Program-made: the position numbers and the translations under genes | Shown here: one piece after another, positions 1 to 10,146 of the stretch | Layout of the letters: every line of letters starts with the position of its first letter | Numbering within the stretch: the stretch's first letter is position 1 | The notes under the pieces: generated by a model | The model's input: only the letters and a program-made list of their open reading frames with translations | The model's database searches: none | What the model was told of the DNA's origin: nothing | From: an uncultured virus (IMG/VR IMGVR_UViG_3300021425_000020) | Taxonomy: Duplodnaviria; Heunggongvirae; Uroviricota; Caudoviricetes | DNA length: 20,000 nt | Reading direction: 5' to 3' (one strand) | Virus record (IMG/VR): IMGVR_UViG_3300021425_000020

Positions 1-3000
1 CGCTACCATCACCTGTAAATGATGCAGCAGTGATGTTACCAGTAATACTAATAGCACCAGCACCACTTAGTGTACCGCTAAAGCTGTCATTTGCATCACT
101 GCGTAGGAAACTACCTGAACTTACGCCATCTAGTGTATCGGCATTTAGTCCACTACCAGGGCCATCGTTACCTGAATGCCAAACTGTGTAAGTATTTGAT
201 CCACTGGTAAATGTAAGGCCACTTGTGCCGCCATCGATATCTACTCTACTATTGCCACCTTCATTTTGAAGTCTAAGCAAATCGCCACTGTCAAGATATT
301 GTAGGTATGCTCTACGTGTTCCAGATTGATATAAACTTATATACGGTGAACCACTTGCGCTTTGTGTAGCAAGTCTTAGTTGTTCATTTGCGTTTACGTT
401 ACCTGTAATTAACGCTGTATATGTATCTCCTGCATCGCTGCGTAAGAATTGTGTGCTATCAACACCATCTAATGTTGTAGCATTAACATTTGTCAATCCA
501 CTACCATTACCAGTAAATGTGCTTGAACCAATATTAATATTACCAAATCCGCTTGTAATTTCACCTGCACCAAGAGCACCAGTACCTGTTAAGTTACTGT
601 ATGTACCGCTTATACGAGTATTTGGGACTGTACCACTTGCTAAGAAACTTGCATTTAGTGATTGTATGTTACTACCATCAGCTGTGTAAATTGCGCCGCC
701 GTAAATGTTTCCAGCAACACCCAATCCTCCGCTTACACGCAATGCACCACTTGTTGTACTTGTAGCACTACTTGTGTTATTGATAGTTACAATTGCATTT
801 GCATTAAATCCGATAGTACTACCATTATCAGCACTTAATGTGTCTAGTGCAATGTTGGCAACATTTGTAATGTTATTATCATTAAAGTTGGTAGCACCCA
901 AACTTGCATTACCTGTGGCACTAATACTGTTTGTACCGATATCAATGCTACCAAAGCCTTGACCAATACTACCAGCAGTTAATTGTCCAGTTCCTGTTAT
1001 ATCTAATTGGTGCTGTGTAACACTGCTAGACTGTATTCTAGCGTCTGGAACAGTACCAGTAGTAAGTTGTGTAGCTGACAAGTCTGTCAATCCACTACCA
1101 TTACCGGAGAATGTGCTAGTTCCAATATTAACATTACCAAATCCAGTGCTGATACTACCAGAATTAAGTATGCCTGTTCCTGTGATATCAGCTTGGTGTT
1201 GCGTGATACTGCTTGATGCAATACGTGCATCTGGAACAGTTCCGCTTGTCAAATCACTTGCACTAGCATCACCAATGAAGTTATCTGCACGTACATCTTT
1301 TGCTACGTGTAAACCACCTGATATTTTAACTGCTGCATCACCTGTTGCAAAATCACCTGTTGCATTGGTTGTGTCTGTAAATGTTACAAAGTTGTTTGCA
1401 CTTAGTGTAGTAAATCCACCAGCAGCAGGCGTAGTTTGTCCAATTGGAACATCGTCGATTGCACCAATAAACAAGTTACCATCAACTGTGACATCGTTGT
1501 TGAATTGTGCATCATGTCTAATAGTGGTTGTACCTGTGGTTTCACCTATAACAATGGCAGTTGCAGCCTGTGCAAAAGCAACAGTTGTAGCATTATCTTT
1601 AAGCAAATTAAATGTACCAGTTTCGTCTGTGTCAATAGTGTTGCCATTTACATTTAAATTACCATCTAATGTTACAGTAGCGTTGCGTATGTTAAATGTA
1701 CCTGTTGTAGCACCTAATCGCAATGTAGTAGCTTCTCCAAATGCATTTACTGTAGTAACGCCTGTGTCAGCAAATGTTAATGTGCCTCCACTTACTCCAA
1801 TTGTGCTTGTTCCGCCAACCTGTAAATTGCCTGTGATACTTAAATCATTGTTCACTGTTGTTGTACCACTGCTTGCACCTAATCCTAATGTAGTTGCAGC
1901 ACCAAAGGCATTTACAGTTGTAGCAGTAGTGTTAAACACATTCATTGTGGTGCTGCTGGTTGTTACACTGTTGGTAAAGTTAGGATTATTATTAAACACA
2001 GCTAAACCTGAACCAGTTTCGTCGCTTAGTACTCCTGCAAGTTGAGCACTTGTTGTTGAAGCAAATTGGTTTAGTCCTGTTTCGGTTCTTGCTAATGTAC
2101 CACTGGTTGGCAGTGTTACACTTGTGTTACCAGTTGTAGTCAATCCTAGTGTGTGAGCACCACTATGTGTAAAGTTGCCGCCTAATGTGATAGTCTTGGT
2201 ACCATTGTTTACACCTGTACCACCGTATGTTGGCGAAATAATTGTACCTTGCCAAATACCTGTACTGATTGTTCCTAATGTTTGTAGGCTACTGTTAACA
2301 ACAGCACCTCCTAGTGTAGTACTGTTAAGAACACTTGCATCATTGATGTAGAACGCTTTACCACTTGCTAAATTAAAGTCTTCACTGCTATCCCAGCTAG
2401 TGTTTGTACTGTCATATGTCAGTGTAGCGTTAGCGCCATCAACTGTGATACCTGCACCATTTGCTGCTGCTGCATTTGCTGCGCCGCTTGCTACTACAAT
2501 GTTTAAATCATCTACAGTTAGTGTTGTACTGTTGATTGTTGTAGTATTTCCGTTTACAGTTAAATCGCCGGTTACAACTAAGTCGTGTCCGATAGTAGTT
2601 GTACCTCCACCGTCGCCTCCTGTACCCATATTAATGGTTGTAGCTGCTCCAAACGCATTGATAGTTGTAGCATTTGTGTTTAGAATATTAAACGTTCCTG
2701 TGATGTCAGTAGAAAGCACATCGCCTTTTACTCCAAAGTCACCTTCAACATCAAAGTTATTTTTAACAGTTGTTGTACCACTTGCTGCACCTATATCTAT
2801 AGTTGTAGCTGCACCGCCAAAGTTAATAGTAGTTGCTGTATCGTCTAATAATGCAACAGTTGTTTCAGTTGTACTGATTGTATCGTTTACTTCTACTTCG
2901 CCTGTAAATGCTGCTTTACCACTTGTGTCAATACGCAATCTTTCTGTTGCTGTGTGTTGTAAATCGCTTGTAGTCGATACTTCGCCTGTTTCAACAACAA

Positions 3001-6000
3001 AGTCGCCGCCCGTTGCGTTACCTGTACCTAGTCCTGCTTTTAATTTCAGTTCTCCGCCACCTACGTCAGTGCCAATAGCATTTGTACCATTAACAACTGC
3101 ATCAGTAGGTGCAGTACTTGCTTCAGCATTACCTATTACAACATTTGCATTTTTGATAATGAAATTACTGTTTATTATTAAAGAACCTGCAGGAACATTG
3201 ACTGGATTTGCAGTAACGTTTGCATCTGTTTGGAATGTAAACGAAGTAGCATTGTCAGTAGCACCAATTACAGGCCAACTACCGTCTAGATTTGTAATTG
3301 TACTACCGTTTACAGTGATTGTATCACCTGTGTTAACACCCAATGTTTTTGGTGTATAAGTAAATGTTAGTGTTGTGCCGTTTAAAATTGTACCAACTGT
3401 ATCATTGCTCAGATAAATGTAATCACCAGTAACACCGCTGACTGTTGTGTTAGCAGGAATACTGCCGCTACCTGTTACAATCATACCTGTTAACACCGAA
3501 CTTGTATCAGCTAATGGAATTTCATTTAATCCATTATCTGTTACATCATTTGTTGTTGCTGTGATGCTTTTTAAGTTTGCAACAACATTTTGGCTTGCAC
3601 TAGCATCATAACCATCTAAGAATGTAAATAAATCTCTAGTGGTGCTTGTGCTACCTATTTGAATATTTGTAGCATCTCCTCCAATTTCCAAACTTGTTAC
3701 ATTACTGTTGTAAACACTACCACTACCTGTACTTGCTGATGTAAGAGCAGCCGCACCAACATCCAACCCTTCAGCCAGATCAAGTGCTGTACCCCATTCG
3801 GGTGTTTCGCCATTGGATTTTAAAATAGCGTTGTTTCTACCGATATTTAAAGGGTTTAATGTACCAGTTGTTTCTGCATACAACAAATCTCCTCTTGCAT
3901 ATGTGGTAATGTTAGTACCACCTCTATTAACTGGAACAGGAGATGTTAAGTTGGCAGGGTTTAAGAAGTAAGCACTGTCTAAACTGTCAAGTGTACCTGC
4001 ATCAACTACACCGTCTTTAATGAATACTTCACCACTAGCGTTTGCGTTGACATCAAATTGACTTTGTAAAAATCTACTTACGCCCAACGTGCTAAAAGTT
4101 CCGCCTGGATCTAAATCAACATTGTTAATGCCTACACTGACTGTGCTATAAAATTCTTGGCTTATACTACTACCTGTTAGAGTAATTGGATTATCTGTTG
4201 TTGGTGCTTTTTTAAGCTTTTGTACAACAACTTCGTATGCACTATCTCCTCTAAGGAAAGTATCGGTGTTAGGAACACCTGCCCCTGCTAATCTACTTGG
4301 ACTAATAATACCACTGATAATATTATCTGCATCGATATTTGTAACAGCAAGTGAATTCCAGTTTGCTTTTAGTCTACTTGAAGTGTTTACAACTGCACTA
4401 ATCTGAACATTACTTTGTGTAATTCTTGCACTACCTACACCTATACTGGTTAAATCTTCTGGATTTGTAACTAGGTCATTGATACTGTTCAATGCATCGC
4501 TGCGTAATACGTGTAGAGTAAACGAGTTAGTAGTAACACTTCCTACAAAGAATCTTGATCCATCTACAATCGGCTCATCACCGTCTAATGTAGGTAATTC
4601 GTTGCTAGTACTGCCGTCAGACAATGTGTTAATTCTAATAGCATCGCCTGTAGTTAATCCATGACTTTCCAAAACTATACTATCATCATCAACATTAATT
4701 GTTTTTCTTGTTAAATTATGATTATTATTTGCAGGTGTACTTGTAAATTCTACTTGGTTAAGTAGTGCAAAACCTTCATACAATTCAATGGTGTTGTCGT
4801 CAATACGTTTTACATAAACAACCTGACCGTTTAGCAATCCGCCAATTGGCGTATTACCTAGTGTATCATAAGTAACTGGATCACCGTTGGTGTAACCGTG
4901 GTTGCTTATTGTAATTCTATTATCTGTGTAATCAACAGCACCGCCTGCACCATCACTACCTGCTAAGAAGTTGTGACTTATTTGGTCGTCTAAGTTAATA
5001 TCTCTTGCATTTTGTACTGCACTGTTGTCTTCGATAAAGTCAACACTAGAAGCACTTGCAACAAATAGTTCTCCACCTAAAATATCAACATATACACGTT
5101 TTTCAAAACTTGTAACTTCAATTTCAAACCCACTACCTGTGCCACCAATTGTACTTGCTGCTGCACTTAACAAATCGCCATTGGCATATCCAGTCCCGCC
5201 TGTTTTTATATCAACATCTGTAACTTGACCTGCTGTAACTGTAATATCGGCCGTTGCACCACTGCCACTGCCTGAGTTATTTGTAAGAGCTACATTTTCG
5301 TAAGTTTTTGTACCGGCTATAGGAGTATACAGAGTACCACCGTCAATATTAGCATTATCAATACCTGTGAGTACGCCATAACGTACTTCTGATACTCTAC
5401 CTTGCGCATTACCGTCAGCACTGCGTACAACAGTTCCTACAAATCCATCCGATACAGCAAAGCTTGCTACGTCATCAGGATCAGGATTTGAATACGTAAA
5501 TGTTGTGCTAGTAGGAGTGCTGATTACTGTTGTATTTTCTTCAAATGTTTCATTGTCGTCACAAGTAACACTGATTTGATTGCCAATTTGTAAATTGTGC
5601 GCACCACTGGTGGTAGCAGTTGTTACATCAGATGTTCTTTCTAAGTTTGTGATTGTACTTGTGGTAAATGTGTAATCATCAGTAGGATCTGCAACTAAAA
5701 ATTGACTTGAATTTGAACTTCTCAAGAAGAAGTTGTCAATAACTGCACTTGATGCACCTAGTGCTGTAGGATAAACACCACTGTCAACACCATTTACAAA
5801 AATATTGTTTCCTACACCTGTTTGGAATTGAGAACCTGTACTATCATCATTTTCTATCCATTCTCCGCCTTCGCTGGCAACAAGAATATTTCCACTGTTT
5901 ACATAAGTACCTTTTGAATAACCGGTTGCACCAAATGCACTAGGCTGTGTAATAAGATCACCGTCTGTTGCTGAAATATTTCCGCTTAGAGTAAGTTCAA

Positions 6001-9000
6001 TCTGTTCATAGTTTTCTGTAGCAATGTCACCAGCTTTTAAGTCTGTTGCTGGAATGTCATCAACTTGTTCTAATCTCGATAGATAACCATCTGTGTTTGT
6101 GTTTGTAAACTGACGTGTTGCAGGAATCAAATCTGCGTTCAACTGACCGTTTGTGTTCAACTGTACGATAGCACCTGGAACAGCCGCAGTTGACACTGTT
6201 TTGTCAACAAAGCCACCTAATCTGTTTGAAATAAACGAACGTACTGCTAACTGTGTACTAAGTCTGCTATCGCTTGCTCCGCCTAATTCGTCGTCACCTA
6301 AATTAACACTTGTTGAAATTTCTTCAATTTCAACATCACTAACACTCAACCTCAGTGCATCAAGTTCGTCCACCTGAACTTTGTTACGGAAGGTAATGTT
6401 ACCAGTTCTGTTGAACGCTGTAATAAAGTCACCAACTTTAAAGTCACCAAGTTCGTTTGTACCTGATGAGTAAACACGTCCCGGAAGTTCTTCAAACTGT
6501 TCAAACTCACTTCTTGTGTTACCGCCGTTTTGCGGTAGTGCGTTATAGTCTGTACCAGAACCTGCATATTCCCAAGTATGTGATGAACTGTTAACAATAC
6601 TGGGTCTGTGGAACCAAACTTGTTTTTCAGGCAAGTTTACCAAGTTTGTTAAACTACTACTACCGTCAGTTGCTTTCACTGAGAAAGTTGCAGTGCCTAA
6701 ACCTAGTTTTGCACTAGCTGCATTTACACCAATAGCAGTATTAGGAGTGCCTGCATGGTCTTGAGTAATTGTACTAGTTTCGTCAAATTGAATGCGCAAC
6801 AAACTTTGACCAACTGCAACTTCTTCGACACTTACAATCAATTCTCTTATTGCTGGTTTCCAACTGAATACAATAGCACTGTTGTTACTTGCACCTGTAG
6901 TACCTGTAATTTGTCTACCTGGAACAAATTCAAAGCTTTCAGAACCTGATTCTAGTTCTAGTGTTTGATAAGTTGTATGCGACGAGATAACTTCATTAAC
7001 AAAAAACTCAATTACACCAGATAATAGTTTGTGCGTTCCTGTGCTTTTTTCAAGTATGTTAACAGGAAAATCACCCGATTCATCAAATGTTAAACTAAAT
7101 TCATCGTCATTAATAACATTAACATAATATGTTTGTTCAGCATCTAAACCTAATATAGGAGCATTTCCATCAGGATCGTAAATTACTTTTTGTAAATTAC
7201 TAAATCCATGACCTACAATAGTAATTACATCTACACTTGTGTTTACATCAGTGTCAGCATTGAATGTGCTTTCGGATGCATTTGTTTTAAAGTCGTTGGT
7301 GATATCCCCTTCTGAACTCACATCTTGTGCATCTGGTAAATCGCCACCGTCATTAATAATTGTCGTTACAATGTCAAACCTTGATCCAGCAAAATTTTGT
7401 ACATCGGCAGATAAACTTGTTAAATAGGTCAAAGCGTAAGTTTTTGCTTGTTCAATAGCTGAAATTGTTTGTCTTTCTTGCCCGCTGATCTGTATTGCAG
7501 TACTATCAGCTAGATTTTTTGTATAATAAGATAAACCTGCACTACGTGAATATCTGTTACCAGTGTCCCAAACATCCTTTGCAACTGCTTCAACAATAAG
7601 TTTTGTATCTCTCAAACATTTTGCTTCATCATATGTGAAGTTATACCATTGTGCAGCATCTACTTGACCTTCGATGTAGGCATTTACATTTTGACCAATA
7701 TTTTTTTGTGCTTCAGAATTTAATCTATTTAAATCATCAACTAGTACTTGTGCTACCCAATCTGTTTCTGGTTCTATTTTAGTAGGTAATGTTTCGCCGT
7801 TTCCATCAATATAGTCAATAATTTCTTGAATTCTGTCTTCAACAAACGTTGCACTTGCTGCACTACCTGCGGTTGCAGTTGTGTCTTGTGTTTCTGCATT
7901 TCCGCTTGATTTTGTAACTGTTGTTTCTAAAATAACTTCACTTAATACAGTTTGCAGTCTACCATACGCTGCAACTGTAGGCTGTGTTTCGGTAGCACCT
8001 AGTTGGCTTGTAGCACCTACAAAATACTGCACTGCTGCATCAAACGTTTGTAAATTACCGCCATAGGTTAAATCATATTTTAATGCATCTAATATTAAAC
8101 CAATGTCTTCCTCACATTTTGCAACGTCATATGTAAAGCTAGAAACAAAAGGAGAATTTTCTGCTGCAACTTGATCAGCAATCCATGCAGTTATTTCTGC
8201 AATAATAAAGTCTCGGTTGTTATCTAGCTGATCTCTTGCATCACCGTAACCTACTAGATAACTTGTGTTATAATCAGTTGGATCGGTAAGACTATATGCA
8301 TCAGCAACACCATCGCCCGGTACTGTATTTTCATCGCCATTTGTCAAAATATCAATTACTTCGTCCCATAAAGCATTCACTCTTGCATCATATGTTGAAT
8401 TTTGTGTAATATTTGTAGTAAAAGGTTTTGCCTGAGTAAATGCTTCTATGTGTTGATCTTTCTGTGCCGCAAATAAAGCAGCAGGAAATCTACCATTAAA
8501 ATATGTTAATGCAGAACTTACTGTTCTATAGTTTGAATCAAATGCAGCATCCCATCTAATTGCATCTACAAGTAGGCCTACATCTCTAGCACATTTAGCT
8601 GCGTCATATTCAAATTGTGCCCATATGCTAGGAGTAGCTGCTGCAATTTGTGCATTAATCCAAGTTACTGTATCATTTGCAATATCATCTTTTTCAACTA
8701 ATAGTGTTTCGTATGCAGTTTTGTAGTCAGCTTCTCTAAAACGTAAAACAAATTCTTCAACCGGAGTATCTCGATTAATACCTGTAATTGTTAAAGTTTG
8801 CAAACCTTCACTAGCACCAGTAGCAGACACAAATGCTCTGTCAAATTCAAATGCTTTAGGAGAATAACCACTACTACGTAGAGCATACAAACCAAAGTTG
8901 GTAGCAGAGTTGGTAATAGAACAATATCCACCTGACTGACAGTAAACACCGTTGAGTAGGAAGATTTCAAAACAAGACACGATCTGTGCATACGCATCGT

Positions 9001-10138
9001 TGGTTAGTCGCCACGCTGTACCGCCAAAGCTCAGCATAGTAAAGGCGTTAGCAACCATTGATTTACCTTGTTCAGGTATTGCACCAACAACTGGATTTTC
9101 TTGTTCTTGAGGAATGAATCCAACGTTAGGTGAAGTAATTTTACTACCATCGATTTTAGCACCGTTCATACCTAAGAACGAAATAATCGAGGCGTTCTGA
9201 ATATAGGGAGATGTTGTAATAAACGGTCTAGAATCTGGTAAGTTAGTGTAACCTTCACGACTTGTCTGTGTATCAAATGGATCGTCAAATGCCACAGCAT
9301 AGTCAGCTGTAATTAATGGAATAAAGTTTTCATCAACACCGTCACGGAATGTAAATTCACCAAAGTAACACGCATTACGAACACGTAGAATATCTCTGTT
9401 AGCATTTGCAGGACGGATAATACAACCACGCAAACCGTCACCTTTGATAACTGTATTATCTGGAACAATAACTGGATTGTCTTCTGTATAATCACCAACT
9501 GCAACTTTTACGTTAACTCTTGTACCGTTGGTAGTTCCGTCTGCATTATATACAAGCCCTGATGCAATTTGACAAGCTCTTTTAACAGTTTTAACTGGAG
9601 CACTTTGTCCATCATTTTCGTCGTCGCCTTGTTCTGCAGAAACGTAAACAACATTACCGCCAAAAATATCTGCATCTTGGAAAAATAAATTTCCGTCACC
9701 GTCTGTTGCTAACAACTGGCCAACTGTACCTGTACGTAGAGGCAATGTAAGGTCATAGCCAGCATCTAATGTATCCGGTGCTTTTACTGTGACACCGTCT
9801 GCACCCGAAGCTGTTAGTTCTTTAAATGTTAATGTATTTGCATTTTCAATAGACACATCGTCGTTTATATTAATACCGTTATCTGTAATAGACATCTTTG
9901 TGTCATTGTTTACTGTTGCAGTAATTGCTGCACTAGTACTATCTGATAAATCATCAACTGTTAATGAAGTATTACCTTCAAAAACTCTTTTTGTAATATC
10001 TTGAACTGTGTTGTCATCACGCAATAGGTATACTTTACCATCTGCTGTGTTGATTGCTAATTCACCTGATTCAAGTTGAGAAACTAAAGGCTGTTTTCCA
10101 GCCACACTACTACGCTTGTGTCTAATCTTTGTTGCCAT
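1..10138 (-). CDS. Giant virion structural / tail-fibre-like protein B (>=3379 aa, 3'-truncated by the window edge). Order: gp37-like N-terminus, beta-helix, 3 CxRD helical repeats, small beta domains, long Thr/Gly-rich fibre repeats
   Basis: ATG at 10138 preceded by AGGAGG. Hand translation starts MATKIRHKRSSVAGKQPLVSQLESGELAINTADGKVYLLRDDN. The same frame is open wherever translated (10138-7320 largely, ~5050, ~3000, 2-60 = GAISITGNITAASFTGDGS). It is absent from the ORF track, consistent with no stop codon in the window. Contains phage fibre motifs WHSGNDGPGSGLNADTLDG and FLRSDA. Confidence 0.93.
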   Translation of the reverse strand, partial: MATKIRHKRSSVAGKQPLVSQLESGELAINTADGKVYLLRDDNTVQDITKRVFEGNTSLTVDDLSDSTSAAITATVNNDTKMSITDNGININDDVSIENANTLTFKELTASGADGVTVKAPDTLDAGYDLTLPLRTGTVGQLLATDGDGNLFFQDADIFGGNVVYVSAEQGDDENDGQSAPVKTVKRACQIASGLVYNADGTTNGTRVNVKVAVGDYTEDNPVIVPDNTVIKGDGLRGCIIRPANANRDILRVRNACYFGEFTFRDGVDENFIPLITADYAVAFDDPFDTQTSREGYTNLPDSRPFITTSPYIQNASIISFLGMNGAKIDGSKITSPNVGFIPQEQENPVVGAIPEQGKSMVANAFTMLSFGGTAWRLTNDAYAQIVSCFEIFLLNGVYCQSGGYCSITNSATNFGLYALRSSGYSPKAFEFDRAFVSATGASEGLQTLTITGINRDTPVEEFVLRFREADYKTAYETLLVEKDDIANDTVTWINAQIAAATPSIWAQFEYDAAKCARDVGLLVDAIRWDAAFDSNYRTVSSALTYFNGRFPAALFAAQKDQHIEAFTQAKPFTTNITQNSTYDARVNALWDEVIDILTNGDENTVPGDGVADAYSLTDPTDYNTSYLVGYGDARDQLDNNRDFIIAEITAWIADQVAAENSPFVSSFTYDVAKCEEDIGLILDALKYDLTYGGNLQTFDAAVQYFVGATSQLGATETQPTVAAYGRLQTVLSEVILETTVTKSSGNAETQDTTATAGSAASATFVEDRIQEIIDYIDGNGETLPTKIEPETDWVAQVLVDDLNRLNSEAQKNIGQNVNAYIEGQVDAAQWYNFTYDEAKCLRDTKLIVEAVAKDVWDTGNRYSRSAGLSYYTKNLADSTAIQISGQERQTISAIEQAKTYALTYLTSLSADVQNFAGSRFDIVTTIINDGGDLPDAQDVSSEGDITNDFKTNASESTFNADTDVNTSVDVITIVGHGFSNLQKVIYDPDGNAPILGLDAEQTYYVNVINDDEFSLTFDESGDFPVNILEKSTGTHKLLSGVIEFFVNEVISSHTTYQTLELESGSESFEFVPGRQITGTTGASNNSAIVFSWKPAIRELIVSVEEVAVGQSLLRIQFDETSTITQDHAGTPNTAIGVNAASAKLGLGTATFSVKATDGSSSLTNLVNLPEKQVWFHRPSIVNSSSHTWEYAGSGTDYNALPQNGGNTRSEFEQFEELPGRVYSSGTNELGDFKVGDFITAFNRTGNITFRNKVQVDELDALRLSVSDVEIEEISTSVNLGDDELGGASDSRLSTQLAVRSFISNRLGGFVDKTVSTAAVPGAIVQLNTNGQLNADLIPATRQFTNTNTDGYLSRLEQVDDIPATDLKAGDIATENYEQIELTLSGNISATDGDLITQPSAFGATGYSKGTYVNSGNILVASEGGEWIENDDSTGSQFQTGVGNNIFVNGVDSGVYPTALGASSAVIDNFFLRSSNSSQFLVADPTDDYTFTTSTITNLERTSDVTTATTSGAHNLQIGNQISVTCDDNETFEENTTVISTPTSTTFTYSNPDPDDVASFAVSDGFVGTVVRSADGNAQGRVSEVRYGVLTGIDNANIDGGTLYTPIAGTKTYENVALTNNSGSGSGATADITVTAGQVTDVDIKTGGTGYANGDLLSAAASTIGGTGSGFEIEVTSFEKRVYVDILGGELFVASASSVDFIEDNSAVQNARDINLDDQISHNFLAGSDGAGGAVDYTDNRITISNHGYTNGDPVTYDTLGNTPIGGLLNGQVVYVKRIDDNTIELYEGFALLNQVEFTSTPANNNHNLTRKTINVDDDSIVLESHGLTTGDAIRINTLSDGSTSNELPTLDGDEPIVDGSRFFVGSVTTNSFTLHVLRSDALNSINDLVTNPEDLTSIGVGSARITQSNVQISAVVNTSSRLKANWNSLAVTNIDADNIISGIISPSRLAGAGVPNTDTFLRGDSAYEVVVQKLKKAPTTDNPITLTGSSISQEFYSTVSVGINNVDLDPGGTFSTLGVSRFLQSQFDVNANASGEVFIKDGVVDAGTLDSLDSAYFLNPANLTSPVPVNRGGTNITTYARGDLLYAETTGTLNPLNIGRNNAILKSNGETPEWGTALDLAEGLDVGAAALTSASTGSGSVYNSNVTSLEIGGDATNIQIGSTSTTRDLFTFLDGYDASASQNVVANLKSITATTNDVTDNGLNEIPLADTSSVLTGMIVTGSGSIPANTTVSGVTGDYIYLSNDTVGTILNGTTLTFTYTPKTLGVNTGDTITVNGSTITNLDGSWPVIGATDNATSFTFQTDANVTANPVNVPAGSLIINSNFIIKNANVVIGNAEASTAPTDAVVNGTNAIGTDVGGGELKLKAGLGTGNATGGDFVVETGEVSTTSDLQHTATERLRIDTSGKAAFTGEVEVNDTISTTETTVALLDDTATTINFGGAATTIDIGAASGTTTVKNNFDVEGDFGVKGDVLSTDITGTFNILNTNATTINAFGAATTINMGTGGDGGGTTTIGHDLVVTGDLTVNGNTTTINSTTLTVDDLNIVVASGAANAAAANGAGITVDGANATLTYDSTNTSWDSSEDFNLASGKAFYINDASVLNSTTLGGAVVNSSLQTLGTISTGIWQGTIISPTYGGTGVNNGTKTITLGGNFTHSGAHTLGLTTTGNTSVTLPTSGTLARTETGLNQFASTTSAQLAGVLSDETGSGLAVFNNNPNFTNSVTTSSTTMNVFNTTATTVNAFGAATTLGLGASSGTTTVNNDLSITGNLQVGGTSTIGVSGGTLTFADTGVTTVNAFGEATTLRLGATTGTFNIRNATVTLDGNLNVNGNTIDTDETGTFNLLKDNATTVAFAQAATAIVIGETTGTTTIRHDAQFNNDVTVDGNLFIGAIDDVPIGQTTPAAGGFTTLSANNFVTFTDTTNATGDFATGDAAVKISGGLHVAKDVRADNFIGDASASDLTSGTVPDARIASSSITQHQADITGTGILNSGSISTGFGNVNIGTSTFSGNGSGLTDLSATQLTTGTVPDARIQSSSVTQHQLDITGTGQLTAGSIGQGFGSIDIGTNSISATGNASLGATNFNDNNITNVANIALDTLSADNGSTIGFNANAIVTINNTSSATSTTSGALRVSGGLGVAGNIYGGAIYTADGSNIQSLNASFLASGTVPNTRISGTYSNLTGTGALGAGEITSGFGNINIGSSTFTGNGSGLTNVNATTLDGVDSTQFLRSDAGDTYTALITGNVNANEQLRLATQSASGSPYISLYQSGTRRAYLQYLDSGDLLRLQNEGGNSRVDIDGGTSGLTFTSGSNTYTVWHSGNDGPGSGLNADTLDGVSSGSFLRSDANDSFSGTLSGAGAISITGNITAASFTGDGS
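491..1144. repeat. 60-bp imperfect direct repeat (491-550 vs 1085-1144) inside gene B
   Basis: 21 bp exact (tgtcaatccactaccattacc) and 53/60 identical overall. Encodes GFGNxNIGxSTFxGNGSGLT. Confidence 0.85.
1550..2880 (-). repeat. Dispersed fibre repeats (consensus ATTVNAFGxATTxxxG) in gene B; two more copies in gene A (~11420-11470, ~12170-12230)
   Basis: Copies near 2810, 2645, 1900, 1735 and 1570 translate to TATTINFGGAATTIDIG, NATTINAFGAATTINMG, TATTVNAFGAATTLGLG, GVTTVNAFGEATTLRLG and NATTVAFAQAATAIVIG. Confidence 0.85.
7345..8730 (-). repeat. Array of 3 of the same helical repeats in gene B
   Basis: YDAAKCARDVGLLVDAIRWDAAFDSN (Cys 8591), YDVAKCEEDIGLILDALKYDLTYGGN (8114) and YDEAKCLRDTKLIVEAVAKDVWDTGN (7616). 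Spacings are 159 and 166 aa. Confidence 0.9.
8860..9655 (-). other. Paralogous beta-helix region of gene B
   Basis: NVVYVSAEQGDDENDGQSAPVKTVKRA..VAVGDYTEDNPVIVPDNTVIKGDGLR..TTSPYIQN..AYAQIVSCF..GGYCSITNSATNFG, collinear with gene A. Confidence 0.7.
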
Positions 10139-10146
10139 TAAGGCTG

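Noticed and set aside
491..1144. 60-bp repeat pair as a diversity-generating retroelement TR/VR
   Set aside because: The 7 mismatches are not confined to adenines of one copy on either strand, both copies are in-frame coding, and no reverse transcriptase is in the window.
453..3359. Long plus-strand ORFs (453..689, 705..962, 1113..2045, 2400..3359) as overlapping antisense genes
   Set aside because: All lie in one register relative to gene B. Stops in that register need Tyr, His or Gln codons in the sense gene, which are rare in Thr/Gly/Asn-rich fibre sequence. The products are Val/Pro/Leu-rich mirror translations.
6352..9699. Short minus-strand ORFs (6352..6597, 8791..8997, 9313..9504, 9508..9699)
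   Set aside because: Out-of-frame ORFs nested in gene B, whose own frame carries the conserved motifs. No frameshift is needed to explain the region.
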